Positions 36,501 through 48,730 of a stretch of 64,000 nt of DNA are shown here, piece by piece. The notes below the pieces were generated by a model that saw only the letters and a list, made by a program, of their open reading frames with translations, made no database searches and had not been told where the DNA came from. This DNA is from Pocillopora damicornis (taxonomy: Eukaryota). The stretch's first letter is position 1; every line of letters begins with the position of its first letter. Made by a program: the position numbers and the translations under genes. The DNA is taken from assembly GCF_003704095.1 (NCBI RefSeq), contig NW_020846522.1, forward strand, positions 62,001-126,000, in the 5' to 3' direction.

Positions 36501-39500
36501 NNNNNNNNNNNNNNNNNNNNNNNNNNNNNNNNNNNNNNNNNNAACAGAATGCTGCACAAGTTGTTTTACACTTTCTGAACCAGTGTCCTCCTCCGGCACC
36601 CAGTTATCAGGATTATATGGAACAATGCAAGAAGCTCACCTCAGGACAGGATCAACCGTCAGAATCCATTGCTACAGAGGCATCTACCACTGCAGTTACT
36701 ACTACAAGTAAGAATTCCTCGATTTTAAATTACGAAACAACAGTATGACTTGGTTTTAAACTCTTTAGTAAAGCAATGATTCTCACAGGTGATCTGTAAT
36801 TTCAACAATTGCAGAAAGAAATCCTGAAAAATTCCAGTATTTGATGTGATTCAAACCCATGCTTCCCCCCAATTACCTGTTGTGTGGTAGAATCAACTGA
36901 GCTACCAAGCCTCACGTTGGGAGTGAGGCAAATTTTAGAGGGTTCTTTTTTCCCGTGAAGGAATCTGGTTTAAACTTTTTTATTTTCATAAAAGCAATTC
37001 GACCCACAGCTTAATTTGTTACTACATAACTTTGATATCACATCCTTCTATGTAATTGACGACAAGCTGTCAATGAACAACAGTCACGAGAAATGTTTAC
37101 TCCATGGTTGCAGTACATCTGAAAAAGCTGCAGGTATTGATGCTATTTGATAACTTGCCACCATGCATGCTCAGGTCTCCTCGTTCGTTGAAAATTCCCA
37201 TTATTTGGAGCCAATAAATGTTAAAAGTAGGAGCAGTCGAGAGTAGGAAAATACCATATGGGCAGGAGTAAACTAAATGTCAAAAAGGATGAAGAAGACT
37301 ATCACGGATTTCGACTAGCCATGTTGGAAAATTTAAGTCGAATCTATACAAACCATACCGAAGCTCTTCTGTGGTATGCACACAAGAGACTCACGTAGCC
37401 AACGCACCTGTCATGTGTTGCCTAGGTGTCCTCATGTGTCAAACACATGCAAAGGACGTAACAGAAAATAGTCACTTGCGACACGTCTCTAGTCTTGCTG
37501 TGTTTTTCTTTTTTTTTTTTCTTTTGCAAATGCAAAATTTTCCTGGGGTTAAATTAACTTGTTGATGGTATTTCTCTATTCATGCTACGAAAAGCACTGC
37601 ATGTCTCCATACTCCACTTGCGCTGTATTTTTAAGTCCTTTTCCTCTTTTCCCGTTGCCGCCTTTACCTTGAGTTATAATTATGATGAAATCTTGTCCCA
37701 GCGACGTGAGAAATTGGGACTAAGCCATATTGATCTTCGACTGGTAACCAAAATTGTTTTCTAACCTTTTCCCAGTAGTTTGTAAATGTGACTGTTTCAT
37801 CCCTGTCATATGTCCCGCCTCACGTCTCTGTTGCGCGTCTCCTCAGTGTGCTCTACACGTGGTGTTGTCTCTGTCACGTCTGTCACGTCTGTCACGTGTC
37901 TATGCATCATGGCCTCTTTCCGTTCAGCCGGAGGAAAACATTTTGCGTCCACTCCCCATTGCCCAAGGCTATAGCGTAGTGTTATGGGCCAGGTACTTTG
38001 TCTTCATGGTATCCCATTCCATATATACATGGATACCGGCAAACTGTGAAAGTTACCTGTCGGAATGCTTCGGGGTAACCTGCATCAGACTTCTCATTAC
38101 AAGGGGAGTGGCATAAATCTTGCTATAACCCCGCACAATGGGCCACCTGGTGCAAGTGACGACATTTATTCTCACCTTCAGGTCTTCGCTGTTATGTCAC
38201 TGCGAACGAGTGGAAACGTATTGCGCGTGCCTTGATAATGAGACAAATGCAATGCTCTCCTTCGCTTGCATGAGGAAATTTGATCGAGTGGAGACGTAGG
38301 GCGTGTGTCTAGACAACGAGACAAAAGCGATGCTTTCCTTCGCTTTTATGAGGAGATTTGATTGAGTGGAGACGTAGGGCGCGTGTCTAGACAATTAGGC
38401 AGATGCAATGCTCTCCATCGCTTGCAAGAGAAGATTTGATTGAGTGGAAAGGTAGGGCGCGTATCTTGATAATTAAACAAATGCAATGCTCTCCTTGCTC
38501 GCAGGAGGCAGGTGGACTTGCTGTTCATTCGCTTCACCCCGCTGAGTTCAGCGGTATATCTTCGCACGTGACTTGCAACCAGTGGGCGTGTATTGTCAAG
38601 AGTGACATTTTAGCAATTTTTTCGATGACTGGTTAATCAAGTTTGTATCAAAACGATTTGAGCTCGCCTTAATCTGATCCCCCCTCACCTTAAATACCTC
38701 CTAGACGTGAAAGCAATGCCTCAACAGTAATTAAATGCCGGTGTTGAGTGCCTTTCGTTTGTATGTGAATTGACAAATGTTGTGTCGAAGTCAGGAGTTA
38801 ATCCCAGACAACAGTAGTAACACATTTTTTCAAAAAGCATGAAGTGCTGGAAATAGAAAATGCTGCTATCTTGAAATGTCTAAGAAAAGAAATTGAACCG
38901 AGGTAATACGGAAGGTTTGAAAGATGAAATTGAGACTTATAGTTCATTTATCATCCCTGAAGTCGTTTTGTTGTGTTCAAAGTTTTTCTTACCTGGTGTG
39001 GCGTATCTTCTTAATCCTTCCAACCTTGTTGATTTACTTGTAATTCCAAACGGTATTTCAGAATACGGAGATTTGCGACATAAACCGAGGACCATAGCCA
39101 ATTTTTTGCACAGCCTAGATTTAGATTCTTATCTTTGTCAGACAATTGTAAAGTTGCAAGTAAACTTGACCCCCAGACAGGCTTCTTCAGCTTATCGCGT
39201 GGCCATAATACTTATTGTCTAAAACCTTGTCTGACCTAAGCAGGGTTCGCGACGATTTATCTTATTTGAGACGGAAGCGTTAAACACCCACAAATCAAAG
39301 TTACTATCAAGCAAACTTTGTAGCAAGATACTCCAGTTAAATTTTACCTTGTTTGAGATTTATCCGTGGGTACAGAGTTCATAATTGTATTGCCAACGTA
39401 TTCAGTTGTTTTAAGAAGTGTTTTAACAAAGGAAGCTTTCATTTGTCCGATCCATGGCTACTTCAATGACACGCTTCCGACTGCGAGGTGTCGGGTTACC

Positions 39501-40418
39501 TTGCGGTGCTCATTTGCAACAGCACATTTTAATCCACTCTTATCTTCAATCCAGGAGAGCATATCTTGGAAGATCTACTTAAAGTTGTTAGTTTTGCAGT
39601 ACGAAAGCCTCGGTACGAGCCCTTTACATTAGTTTCTAGACATTAACATTTGACCTTCTCTACTTTTCGCGCGTCTCTTATGTCTGTCTGATGGATGAAG
39701 TAGACGTTAATGAGATGTACTAATTCAACTGCCATTATGTGGATTTGGAATTTCCGGTATTGGTCGCAAAAATATCACGTTTTTACGCTAATAGCCGGAT
39801 GTTCTTGTTAATCAAGGGGCGTTTGTAATTTCCGATCCAGAGTCAATTGGAAAATTGAAGCAAAATTATTTGCCCTGGTTAAGTTGCAGTCGTTCATTAT
39901 TGCTGACAAGGTCTATTATGGGATATGAACAGGGTACCCAACCCAACAAACGCATACTCACAGGAATCTCAACCCCAATTTCCGAGCACAACTTGTTATA
40001 TTCCAGCTTAAAAAGCGCGGATTATTGGCTCTTGCCGAGTTATTTTAAGATTTTCTTGATTTTTATCCTAAATTGACGCATAAAAGAAGGTGGTCTGACG
40101 GAAATTTTTCGATCTCTCATATTTGTGTCGTAACTTTGAAGCAATCTCTGAGTCGTTTCTTACGGTGTTCATTGTCGAAACACCTGTTGCAACGAAAATA
40201 GTTAATCCAATTTGGACCGCAAGACGAGGTAATTTTCCGGTTGCACCAAGGTCCAATTTCATGCGGTTTTAAGGCTCTTTGCCCTATCGCTTTTTAAGTG
40301 CCAAAAGCATTAAAAGTGGCTACTTATGATTTTTTCTTTATTATAATTGTTTTTATTAATGATCTTGTTATTATTAAAATTGATGCTGTCCTTGTTATTA
40401 CTATTATTGTTATTATTA

Positions 40419-40459
<41 letters not shown>

Positions 40460-41325
40460 TTAACACTAGTTGACCGATTTTAACGAGTGGTTTAGACGCC
40501 TTACAACAAGCATGCGCAGTACATGAAGTCATGGCAAGATCTGCTTGGCTTTGATCTCAAGTTTAATCTCCAGTGAAAAACAACCATCCTCAACTGACAA
40601 CCCGATCACCTCGGAAATCTCAGCCATCGGAGCTGACATATCTGATCGAAATTCGTGAGCCAGTGGGGACAAACCACTTTGGTTCATCCAAATAAAAAAA
40701 ATCGGCACTGAGAACTGAATGTAGCTTTACGTGTTAATCCTCCGTACACATAGCAAATGGACTGCGAAACAAGAAACAGAGCCACAAATTAAACCATTTG
40801 AAGGCGTGTTATTCGTTGAGTTTTGTCCTTCGCGTTTTTTTTTCTTTTTCAACTCAAATCACCACTACCCAACTCTCCGTGTTATTCTTGATTCTGCTCT
40901 ATTCCACTCATAAGTCCAAGTATAAAGTCTTGCATTTTCACCACAGTAGTTTTCCTCTTAACATTTCTTTGCCTTTTCGATTTTCAGTAAACGCAGCAGT
41001 AGTGCAACCGATCTCCACATCCACAGCGCCCAACCCTTTCGTACCTACAGACCAGAACAATTCCGACCCTACAGCCTCAGAGACTCTTAATGCAGACGTA
41101 GCCAAACCAACCATTACTTTCACGTCGCACAAAAACAAACTGCAAGAATACTGCCAGAAGTCCAAGATAGAACTACCTGTTTACTCCTGTCAAAGGGAAA
41201 ATGGCGTCTTTACTTGTACGGTTCATGTCGCTGGACGATCGTTTTCCAGTAACGGCTGTAACACTAAGAAAGGCTCAGAGCAGACTGCGGCCAACATAGC
41301 GCTGAAAGCTTTGGGACTTATTTAA
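33585..41325 (+). CDS. Double-stranded RNA-binding protein (2-3 dsRBDs, HYL1/DRB-like) with Pro-rich and RG-rich N-terminus
   Basis: Coding exons 33585-34671, 35845-36105, [gap]-36707, 40988-41325. dsRBDs: SFKNSLQECCQKQQLPVPSY...RKEAEQGAAYSALMALG and SHKNKLQEYCQKSKIELPVY...TKKGSEQTAANIALKALG. A probable third dsRBD tail, QNAAQVVLHFL, emerges from the gap. Confidence 0.8.
36443..36542. other. Assembly gap (100 N) hiding exons of the dsRBD gene
   Basis: Run of N; coding sequence resumes mid-domain at 36543. Confidence 1.
36765..36962 (-). mobile_element. Degenerate tRNA-related SINE
   Basis: Minus strand has A-box-like GGTAGCTCAGTTG and B-box-like GGTTTGAATC, followed by gaatttttcagg...caattg. 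I could not build a complete cloverleaf. Confidence 0.6.
38208..38505. repeat. 78-bp minisatellite, ~3.8 diverged copies
   Basis: GAGTGGA anchors at 38208, 38286, 38364 and 38442 (period 78). Confidence 0.9.
40395..40459. repeat. (TTA)n microsatellite
   Basis: Imperfect then perfect TTA run; source of the spurious poly-Ile ORF. Confidence 0.9.
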
Positions 41326-41521
41326 CACGGTTTGTACGCAGTTTTGACACATTTCTATTGCGGGCGTAGTCGAGGTTTGGGCACAGGAATGCACAAGGTA
41401 TGAAAAATAATTTAAGACCATGATGGAAATTTATTTTATATCCATTACCTTGGTGTCAATGGGACGCAAGAGACGTTGGTCAGGTTTTTACCTCCATGGA
41501 GTGTTCGGCTAAGAAAAGTCT

Positions 41522-41680
41522 ATGAAATGACAAGCGCTTTGTTCGGGCGACATGTTGGACAGAGCGGGTGCCCCCTGCAGGAGTCTTCCAAGGACTTTCG
41601 GCACAGCACCCGGAGCGATGTCGGGTTCGCTCGGGTTTACGGTCGGTAACCAACATGGTGCCCGAACGAGATGTTATCAT
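41522..41680 (+). ncRNA. Candidate structured RNA element in presumptive 3' UTR
   Basis: 18-bp outer stem 41541-41558/41650-41667 enclosing three hairpins, folded by eye (see findings). Confidence 0.5.
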
Positions 41681-43028
41681 CGCATTAAGTATTAGTTTGT
41701 CGTTATTTGCAACGTCGAACCTTAACTAATGACTCAGTTTCTTGTAGAATTTTATTTGATTAGACAGAAGCACTCGTGATTGAACGTTTGCGAGACTATG
41801 ATCGGACTCATTAGCATTTTAATGAGAAACTCTCATTAAACGAACTGGATTAAAAACTAGGCTGCCACAGTTACATCTGTCGTGTTGTACTATGTGACGG
41901 AATACATAAGGAGAAACTGATATACAACATTATTTTACTGGTTATAGTTTTTTTTTATTCACTTTGTCTTTGAAATTATAACACCTGGAACGGTCAACTG
42001 TAAGGTACCAGAAAGATTCTTCTTGTCCTACAACATGTTGTTTTAGCCGTCGCGCTAAAAAATTTAAGGGTTTTACAACATCGTCGACAGATATCTTGAC
42101 TTGCCTAAAATATTCTCTTATCGTTCGTTTCGTGAAACTAATGTCAGAATCGGGTGTTTAAAGGCTTTTAAATTGTCTCAAAGTTAAATGTATGAAAAGG
42201 AAAATCAAATGAAGTAGTTTTCTAGAGGAATCGGCGAAGCTAGACCTCCTTTTTGGTCGAGAGTTGTAACCATACTAGTTGTTGTAAATAAATGCGTTAA
42301 GTGTTTGAAAGTGTAGCGGTTGACCTCGCGAGTGACTTCGGATCTGGGAGCTTTGTGCGTGCATTCTGGCGCCTATTCGCGCGTGTCGCGTGTCGCGCGT
42401 GGCACGCGGAGCACTAGAAACGAGTCGATTACTACGAATCCTTACTGTTGCCCAGAAACAATATGATCTCGAACAAAATTAACTCAGATTTGTTTCTCTT
42501 TGTGCCATGCTCGTGACAAGTGTGTAGAAGGAAATTTTCCTTTCTTTCACAATCAAGGGTAAATTGTATTCATCGTCTTTTATCGTTTCTTAATATAATT
42601 TTCTTTTCTAGTCTTTAACTTTCGAGTAAAAATTGGTTTTTCACCTTTATTGAGTACATGCTGTAGAAAGTGCTTGATCCTAACATAAAACGAATGCGTG
42701 ACAACTACAATTGGAAATAAGTTTTCGTTCGCGTTAAGCTTATATTTTACCATGCCAATCTTCGCGTCAATTTATATCGTGAAACTTTTTTTTTATTATA
42801 AATGACTCTGACTGGGTCAAAATAAAAATATTTATTCACCTACTGTTTCACAAAGAAAACCGAATGTCGTCAACCGAGGAGAAGTGACGCACTTTTGAAA
42901 CAATGAGGAAAAAACGCACCATTTTCAAATGCATTTTGGTTTTTTTGTTTGACTGAGTTGCATTGTATGCCAAAAATACAAACTTCGTGACGACAAGGTA
43001 TCACGGCGTGCATTGCCCACGCTGTTTT

Positions 43029-43032
<4 letters not shown>

Positions 43033-43066
<34 letters not shown>
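43033..43066. repeat. Poly-T tract
   Basis: About 32 consecutive T. Confidence 0.9.
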
Positions 43067-43067
<1 letters not shown>

Positions 43068-46000
43068 TTGTGAACTTCGTTTTTCCTTCTTACTGAAATA
43101 GTCCAGTTCCATCTCTCCTACATATTGCAAGAGTTATTTCAAGAATAAGAACGAAACATTGAATTGGACTCAGATCAATTCTTACAGAATAGCCCTTTTC
43201 ACAGAAATCATTTCGACACTTTGTTCACTTGCTCCGACTGTCAGGTGAACCGTTTACACTGTCAAAACTCGACGAGTTAACTTTTCATCCGTCACTTTCT
43301 GCCATTAAAATCTCGCTACATGTTTATTCATTTGTTACCATTCTCAGGAACACACTGGTTGAATCGAGTCAACACTGACATATGTAAACTTCCATCCGGC
43401 GGATTTTTCTCCGTTTGTCGCAAAGGATGAAGATAATTCTCCTTTTTCGACTCCTCTTATGATTTTATTTACTTTCCTTTGTTACCTTTCTAAATCCTCC
43501 CTTTAATCTCCGAAATTTCTTTACGAATTTCTATTTTCCTATCGTTTGTTTTTATTAATGGTAATCTTTTTCTAGCCTTGACTTTTTGAGCGCTTAGGAT
43601 CACATGCAACAGGGGTCAAATTGAAAGAATTTTGAAAAATAGTTGTGTATATATCATTACCATTTCTCTCGAAAATTCATGAAAAAAAAAACAGACAATA
43701 AATAAAAACACTCAGTCCATAGCTTTATTGTATGAATTGCTCTGAACATAAACAACGAAAAAACTTCATTTAAAAATTTACATTCTTAAACAAACTTTTT
43801 TGTAACGAGGCGCAACCTTTGTTCTCGGCCAAACAGTTTGATGTTTTTCTTTTAATTGAACCTACAGATTGCAGCAGTTGTTTGCTATTTTTGTACCAAT
43901 CTTGTTAACTTGTAGACTCGTGGACATTTTCAATCAGTTCGTGCCATTGTTCCGCCCACGGAAAAGGTGGAAACTTTAACAGTTTCCACTTAACCATACT
44001 TTAGGCCATCATCTGGAGCTAAGGACAAAATTATCGAGTTTGTCTAATTACATATTTATGATGTCGCTTTCAAAGGTGAAAGAGTCAAAATTAAAAACTA
44101 ATTATTTCAAAACATGTCTCAAGGAGATTTCAATTTCACAGAAAGAATTTAAAAGAATTGAAGAAAATATGTAGCCGTAAAATCTTCGCAACAGGAGGCG
44201 AAGCAATAACTTTTCATAACCTAACGATGGTGCGCGCCCGTGAGACCAGACGCGTGGGGCGTTTGCCCATGCTCTTTGGTCATGTTTGGCACACGTCTTG
44301 CATGCTATCAGGATCACAAGACCAAGTGCGCTGCGTGCAAAGAGAGACGACAAAAAAACATTCTTTTTTCGAGACTTGACATAAAGTTTGATTCTTGTGG
44401 GCGACCAAGTTGCTTCCCTAAGGTGGTACAGATACTTATTTGCGTCTGTATTTAAACGAGTCAAGGGTATTTGCCTAAAATGGTTTTAGATGAGCTTGAT
44501 ACCTTAGGAGGACATTTTTCGTGTGATTTTTAGAGACAACCTTTGAAGATCTACGTGATTCCTTTGTCCCTTTCATGCCAAATGTGTGTTAGTGGGGAGG
44601 GGAGGGGATGTTCAGCACACTTTTCGCCACCCCACCAGCCCACTCAACCAGTAAAGTAAATGGAAGCGTTATTTTCAGTTCGTCTTTCCGCGTGACTTTA
44701 GTACTTTGAAATGCCAGGTACGTTCAGTGTATTCAAGTGTGTTCATTGTGTCATGCGAAGTCTTGTATACGAGGAGGTTATAATTAGCACAGCTTGTCTC
44801 CTGCACTTCTCGAGGTCGACCCGCTCAGTTTTTTTTTTTCCCTCAAAAAAACCGAAAAATAGGGCGCAGTTCAGTCGCAACTCTCCAAGGAAACATTTTT
44901 TTCAACACAGAAAAGATACCAAAGTTGAAACAACAACCACAACATCGCGCATGTTGTTTTGTAGTTCGCCTTTATAGGGCATTTTCCTTTCAGGTAGATC
45001 TCGTTTATCATTTGTGAAACATGAAACTCTGTTAGAATTTTACTAAGAATGTCGTTGAAATTGATGTTACTCGTTTTATTTCCTCTGGATTTCAATGCAA
45101 AAATGTGAATGACTTGGTATGTTTTCATTAAGACAGACGATGTGTGATAGTCTCTTTTTTGATTTAACTTATGTAGTTTTTTCGTTGGAAGACGAAGTCC
45201 AGTTTAGTTTCGTTTCAATTGTTGATATCACAAGCATTTATACCACGGGTGTATATGTCATGTGTTTCGTGAGGAATTCGTTTTGAGGGGAGGAACCCTC
45301 GTCAATTCTTCTTGAAATGCTCAGGATATGTCGCTTTATGTTCAACTATCGGGAATTCCACGAAACTTTCCGAACAATGATTCTTACGGCAATGGCAATG
45401 CTTCGTCATTCTCATGAAGGAAGACTCCATTCCCTTTTTTTTCCCACCGCCTCCGCGCCGGATTAAAGAGCGTAAAGTGCTGCCGATGAAAATTAGGTTT
45501 TGTATAATTAGTTGGAAGCTACGCGTGGGTGACAGATCGATAGTTTCGACAAGAAACAATCGATCTCTCGCCTAGCATACTACCTTGGAAACAGAAGAGC
45601 TTGGAGTAACCAAGTGAATTTACTGCATTCTGAGAATGAATGAATAAACTAAACCGACTTGGGCAACAGAAAAAAAAAATCGTTTCCAGTTATGTAAGTT
45701 GCTAGTGAGTTGTTGCTAAAATAGTGAGCGCTCACCTATACATGTTTTGTGTGGTAGCTGCATAAAACAATAATGAAAACATGTTTACAGACAAGCAAAA
45801 TCTGAACAAAGTTTAAAATGTCAGTATCCGAAAAGTAGCCCGAAGTTAGTGTTTATCGAGTAAAGTCGGTGACATTCGGCCTTCCTTTGAAAGTGTTCTC
45901 TTAAGTACTCGCTATTTTCGTTTGAACTGTTGCGTGTCACCTCAGAACAAACCGGTTTTGTTTCTTCCCCCGTAGGTAAACAGTGCACTTAATTTATTCA

Positions 46001-48730
46001 AGAGCTGTGTTCCTGAAGGAAGTTAAATCCCTAACGACCCGATCTCGCAAGGAAAAATCCGCGCTATTGTTAACTTCTTGCAAATAATCTTCGCATCTTT
46101 AGTTTCCAGCCAGGCCAAAGTTATCTGTCTCCAAAGCACACAGTGTGCAGTATACCACTGTTTTTTTTTTTCTTCTCAGCCACGCTAACTGATTTTATGT
46201 CGTACTACAGGAAGGCAGTACTGTCACATAAGATTTATATTTCCTTCTTAATCGTAGTGTTTGGTCCTAATTTCTGACGCTCATAGGAGTTAAATGGGGT
46301 CTTAATCATAACAAGGAGGGTCTTTTTTTGCAATTCCTTTTGAAATTAACCTTAGTTGACATTCTGTTCCCTGGTCGTTAGCGTAGAAAAGAAAAGTTTC
46401 TAATGAATCTTCTTTGTTTTTTGAGTAGTCTCCTAAGACTCCCATCGCTTGTGTCGACAGCTCACGTGTGAAACATAAATAATTATTTCGTGTACTCCTT
46501 TTTAGCAGTTTTTTTTTTATATCAAACGCCCTTGGCTATAAGTGTAAAAAGTCTTTTTTTTTTTGCGGCGCGTTCTATAAAGGCTGTGGTAGATGTAAAA
46601 AAGAATTATTTCATACGAATCACAACTTACTTCTCATATTTGTTTAGCTTTACAGGCGGATTTATTGAGCTAATAGTAACTCGAGGTTACGAACTTGCTT
46701 GTGAAACATTCTGCATTGGTTATTCGTTTTAAGGGTAAAAGAAAGATTTACTTGATATCTCCGAATTTTTTGGCGCTCCAGAAAACTATATTCAAAGAAG
46801 AATTCTTAACAGGGTTCTATTATCGCAAATTTTTAAGAGGATATTCGATCAAATAGTTCATTCAGTTTGATTTTTTATGCCCAAGTCTTGTCTGGTTTAA
46901 TGAATGTTCATAAGTTTTTCTTGTCCTTTAAGGCATCTCGCATGTAAATTGGCGTGGGAGTTTTAAGACACTGAACTTTTGGTTTTGTTTTCGCGAAAAA
47001 ACGGAATCTTCGAAGTAGAGATGATTTGGAGGGTTTTAACCTCGATCAGAGCTGTACTGAGATGTAATATCGGTGTACACTGATGTATCGCACCACAGCT
47101 TAAAGTGCCTTTCTAATAATTTAATCTTTAAAAGCACTATTGAATATCGTTGTTGTTTCAAGGGGGAATTTAGAGATCGTAAACACCCTCATCGCGGGGA
47201 ATATCAGAAACTGTAGTATTTAATCTTACAAGAAAAATAATACGATGATCCAGATGAAGACAATTCCGGCAGCTAGTTATTTCCGTTCGTCATCAGTGGT
47301 GAGAAGTTAGTTTTGAAATTGTAATTAATCAGTGTATTTCTTGAATATTGCTATATTTCGCCCGTAACTCGGAAGTGCGTGTTAAAGGTTGGAGAGATTG
47401 CGTGCGTGAAATTTTATGGAAATTTTCTCGCAAAGCTAATATAGCAGCCATAAAGTTCGCGTGAATTCAGGGAATGTTTCCTTCATTAAGGATCTATATT
47501 TGCGCGCTTTTTTTGTTTAGAAGGATTATTGAATGAAAAGCTTTCAAGGTATCATCGTACCGGCTTTCTGCTAGATCTTGAGTCCTGATAATGTGAAATC
47601 CGTGAGTTTCGTGTTTATGTTTCACCTTGGGTTGTACTACATGCGTTGTAGTTGGTCAAAATGTTCGAGTATTGGGCCAATGGCGCGAAGTTATGCTTCG
47701 GCTTACAAAGAAAGCTTTTCTAGAAAGTACCGTTTCAATTTATTTTCCCGATCGGAAATAGCTCTTCAAGTATTAGTTTATTTCACTTACTTTCCTTACA
47801 AATAACCAACGCAGCGTGTCTCGCCTTGCGCTTGAAGAGATGTTGTATTCGAATCAATATTCATTCCCAATTCCTGGTCGCTGCAAGTGTTATGACAGAA
47901 ATTTGGGGTTTTTCGCTTATTTATCAAGTAACGTTCTTAAAACCTGTGATAACAGGTGTTACCTACCATTGCACTTAATCTTCTCGAAAAACTGTGGAGA
48001 AAAGCATTACAAAACAACAATAAGAGGAAGGACTGTACCACAGGCGAATTCTTTAGTAACGGCAATTTACTCTGGGCACGAAACTCATCCTCTGCGATTT
48101 TAGAGCAACTAAGGCAAACAGAAATTAAGAGTAATAGTCATGCCTGGTTAGAAATTTCAAGGTGAGAATGCGATAGAAAAAGAGCACAAGTGACTGTTGT
48201 ACGTGTTTTTAAAAAAACCGTGGTTGTATTTATGCAAGATTAAGGTGGATATGTGCCTATTCTGGCATCGGACCAGTTTTAGGCCAGTTCAGGTAAATGA
48301 TGTGATAAACAGAGACACTCGCCCTTCTCCTATCTGTCAAATTTTACTAACATCATCAGTGCCAGAAAGGCCAATTAAAATTTAAAAGCGTCGTTTGTGA
48401 GAAAACAGCTCGAGCTCGTCATTAAGCGTTCTTTTCGTAGACGCGCCAACGTTGTTTATTCTCAAATAGCGGAGAGGGTAACTTCGTTGCCCGGGTTAAA
48501 ACTCGTCTCTAGCGAGAAAACTGTTTTAGTCAGAATTCACTCAAGCGTGGTAATTATTCCAAAGCCACGTGGCATGTGGGCCAGCCCCCGTTTCTTCTTT
48601 CAGCCAATCAGCTACCAGTATTTGCCGGTATCTTTAGTGACATGTGACTAGACCCGGCTGGTTTTCTGTTCCCACTCACACTTACTCAAGAACAACATTT
48701 CATTGATTCGTTCCCTATGCAAGGGAAAAC

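Noticed and set aside
36765-36962. Possible tRNA gene
   Set aside because: A and B boxes are degenerate and no acceptor stem forms; better explained as a SINE.
38208-38505. CRISPR-like periodic array
   Set aside because: Whole units are homologous with no unique spacers, there are no cas genes, and the context is a eukaryotic intron.
42376-42418. CG-rich hairpin followed by CTAG, possible Helitron 3' end
   Set aside because: CTAG is followed by A rather than T, and no 5' end or second copy was found.
47270-47300. CTGATGA...GAAA on the minus strand, possible second hammerhead
   Set aside because: No adequate stem II and no stem I/III pairing.
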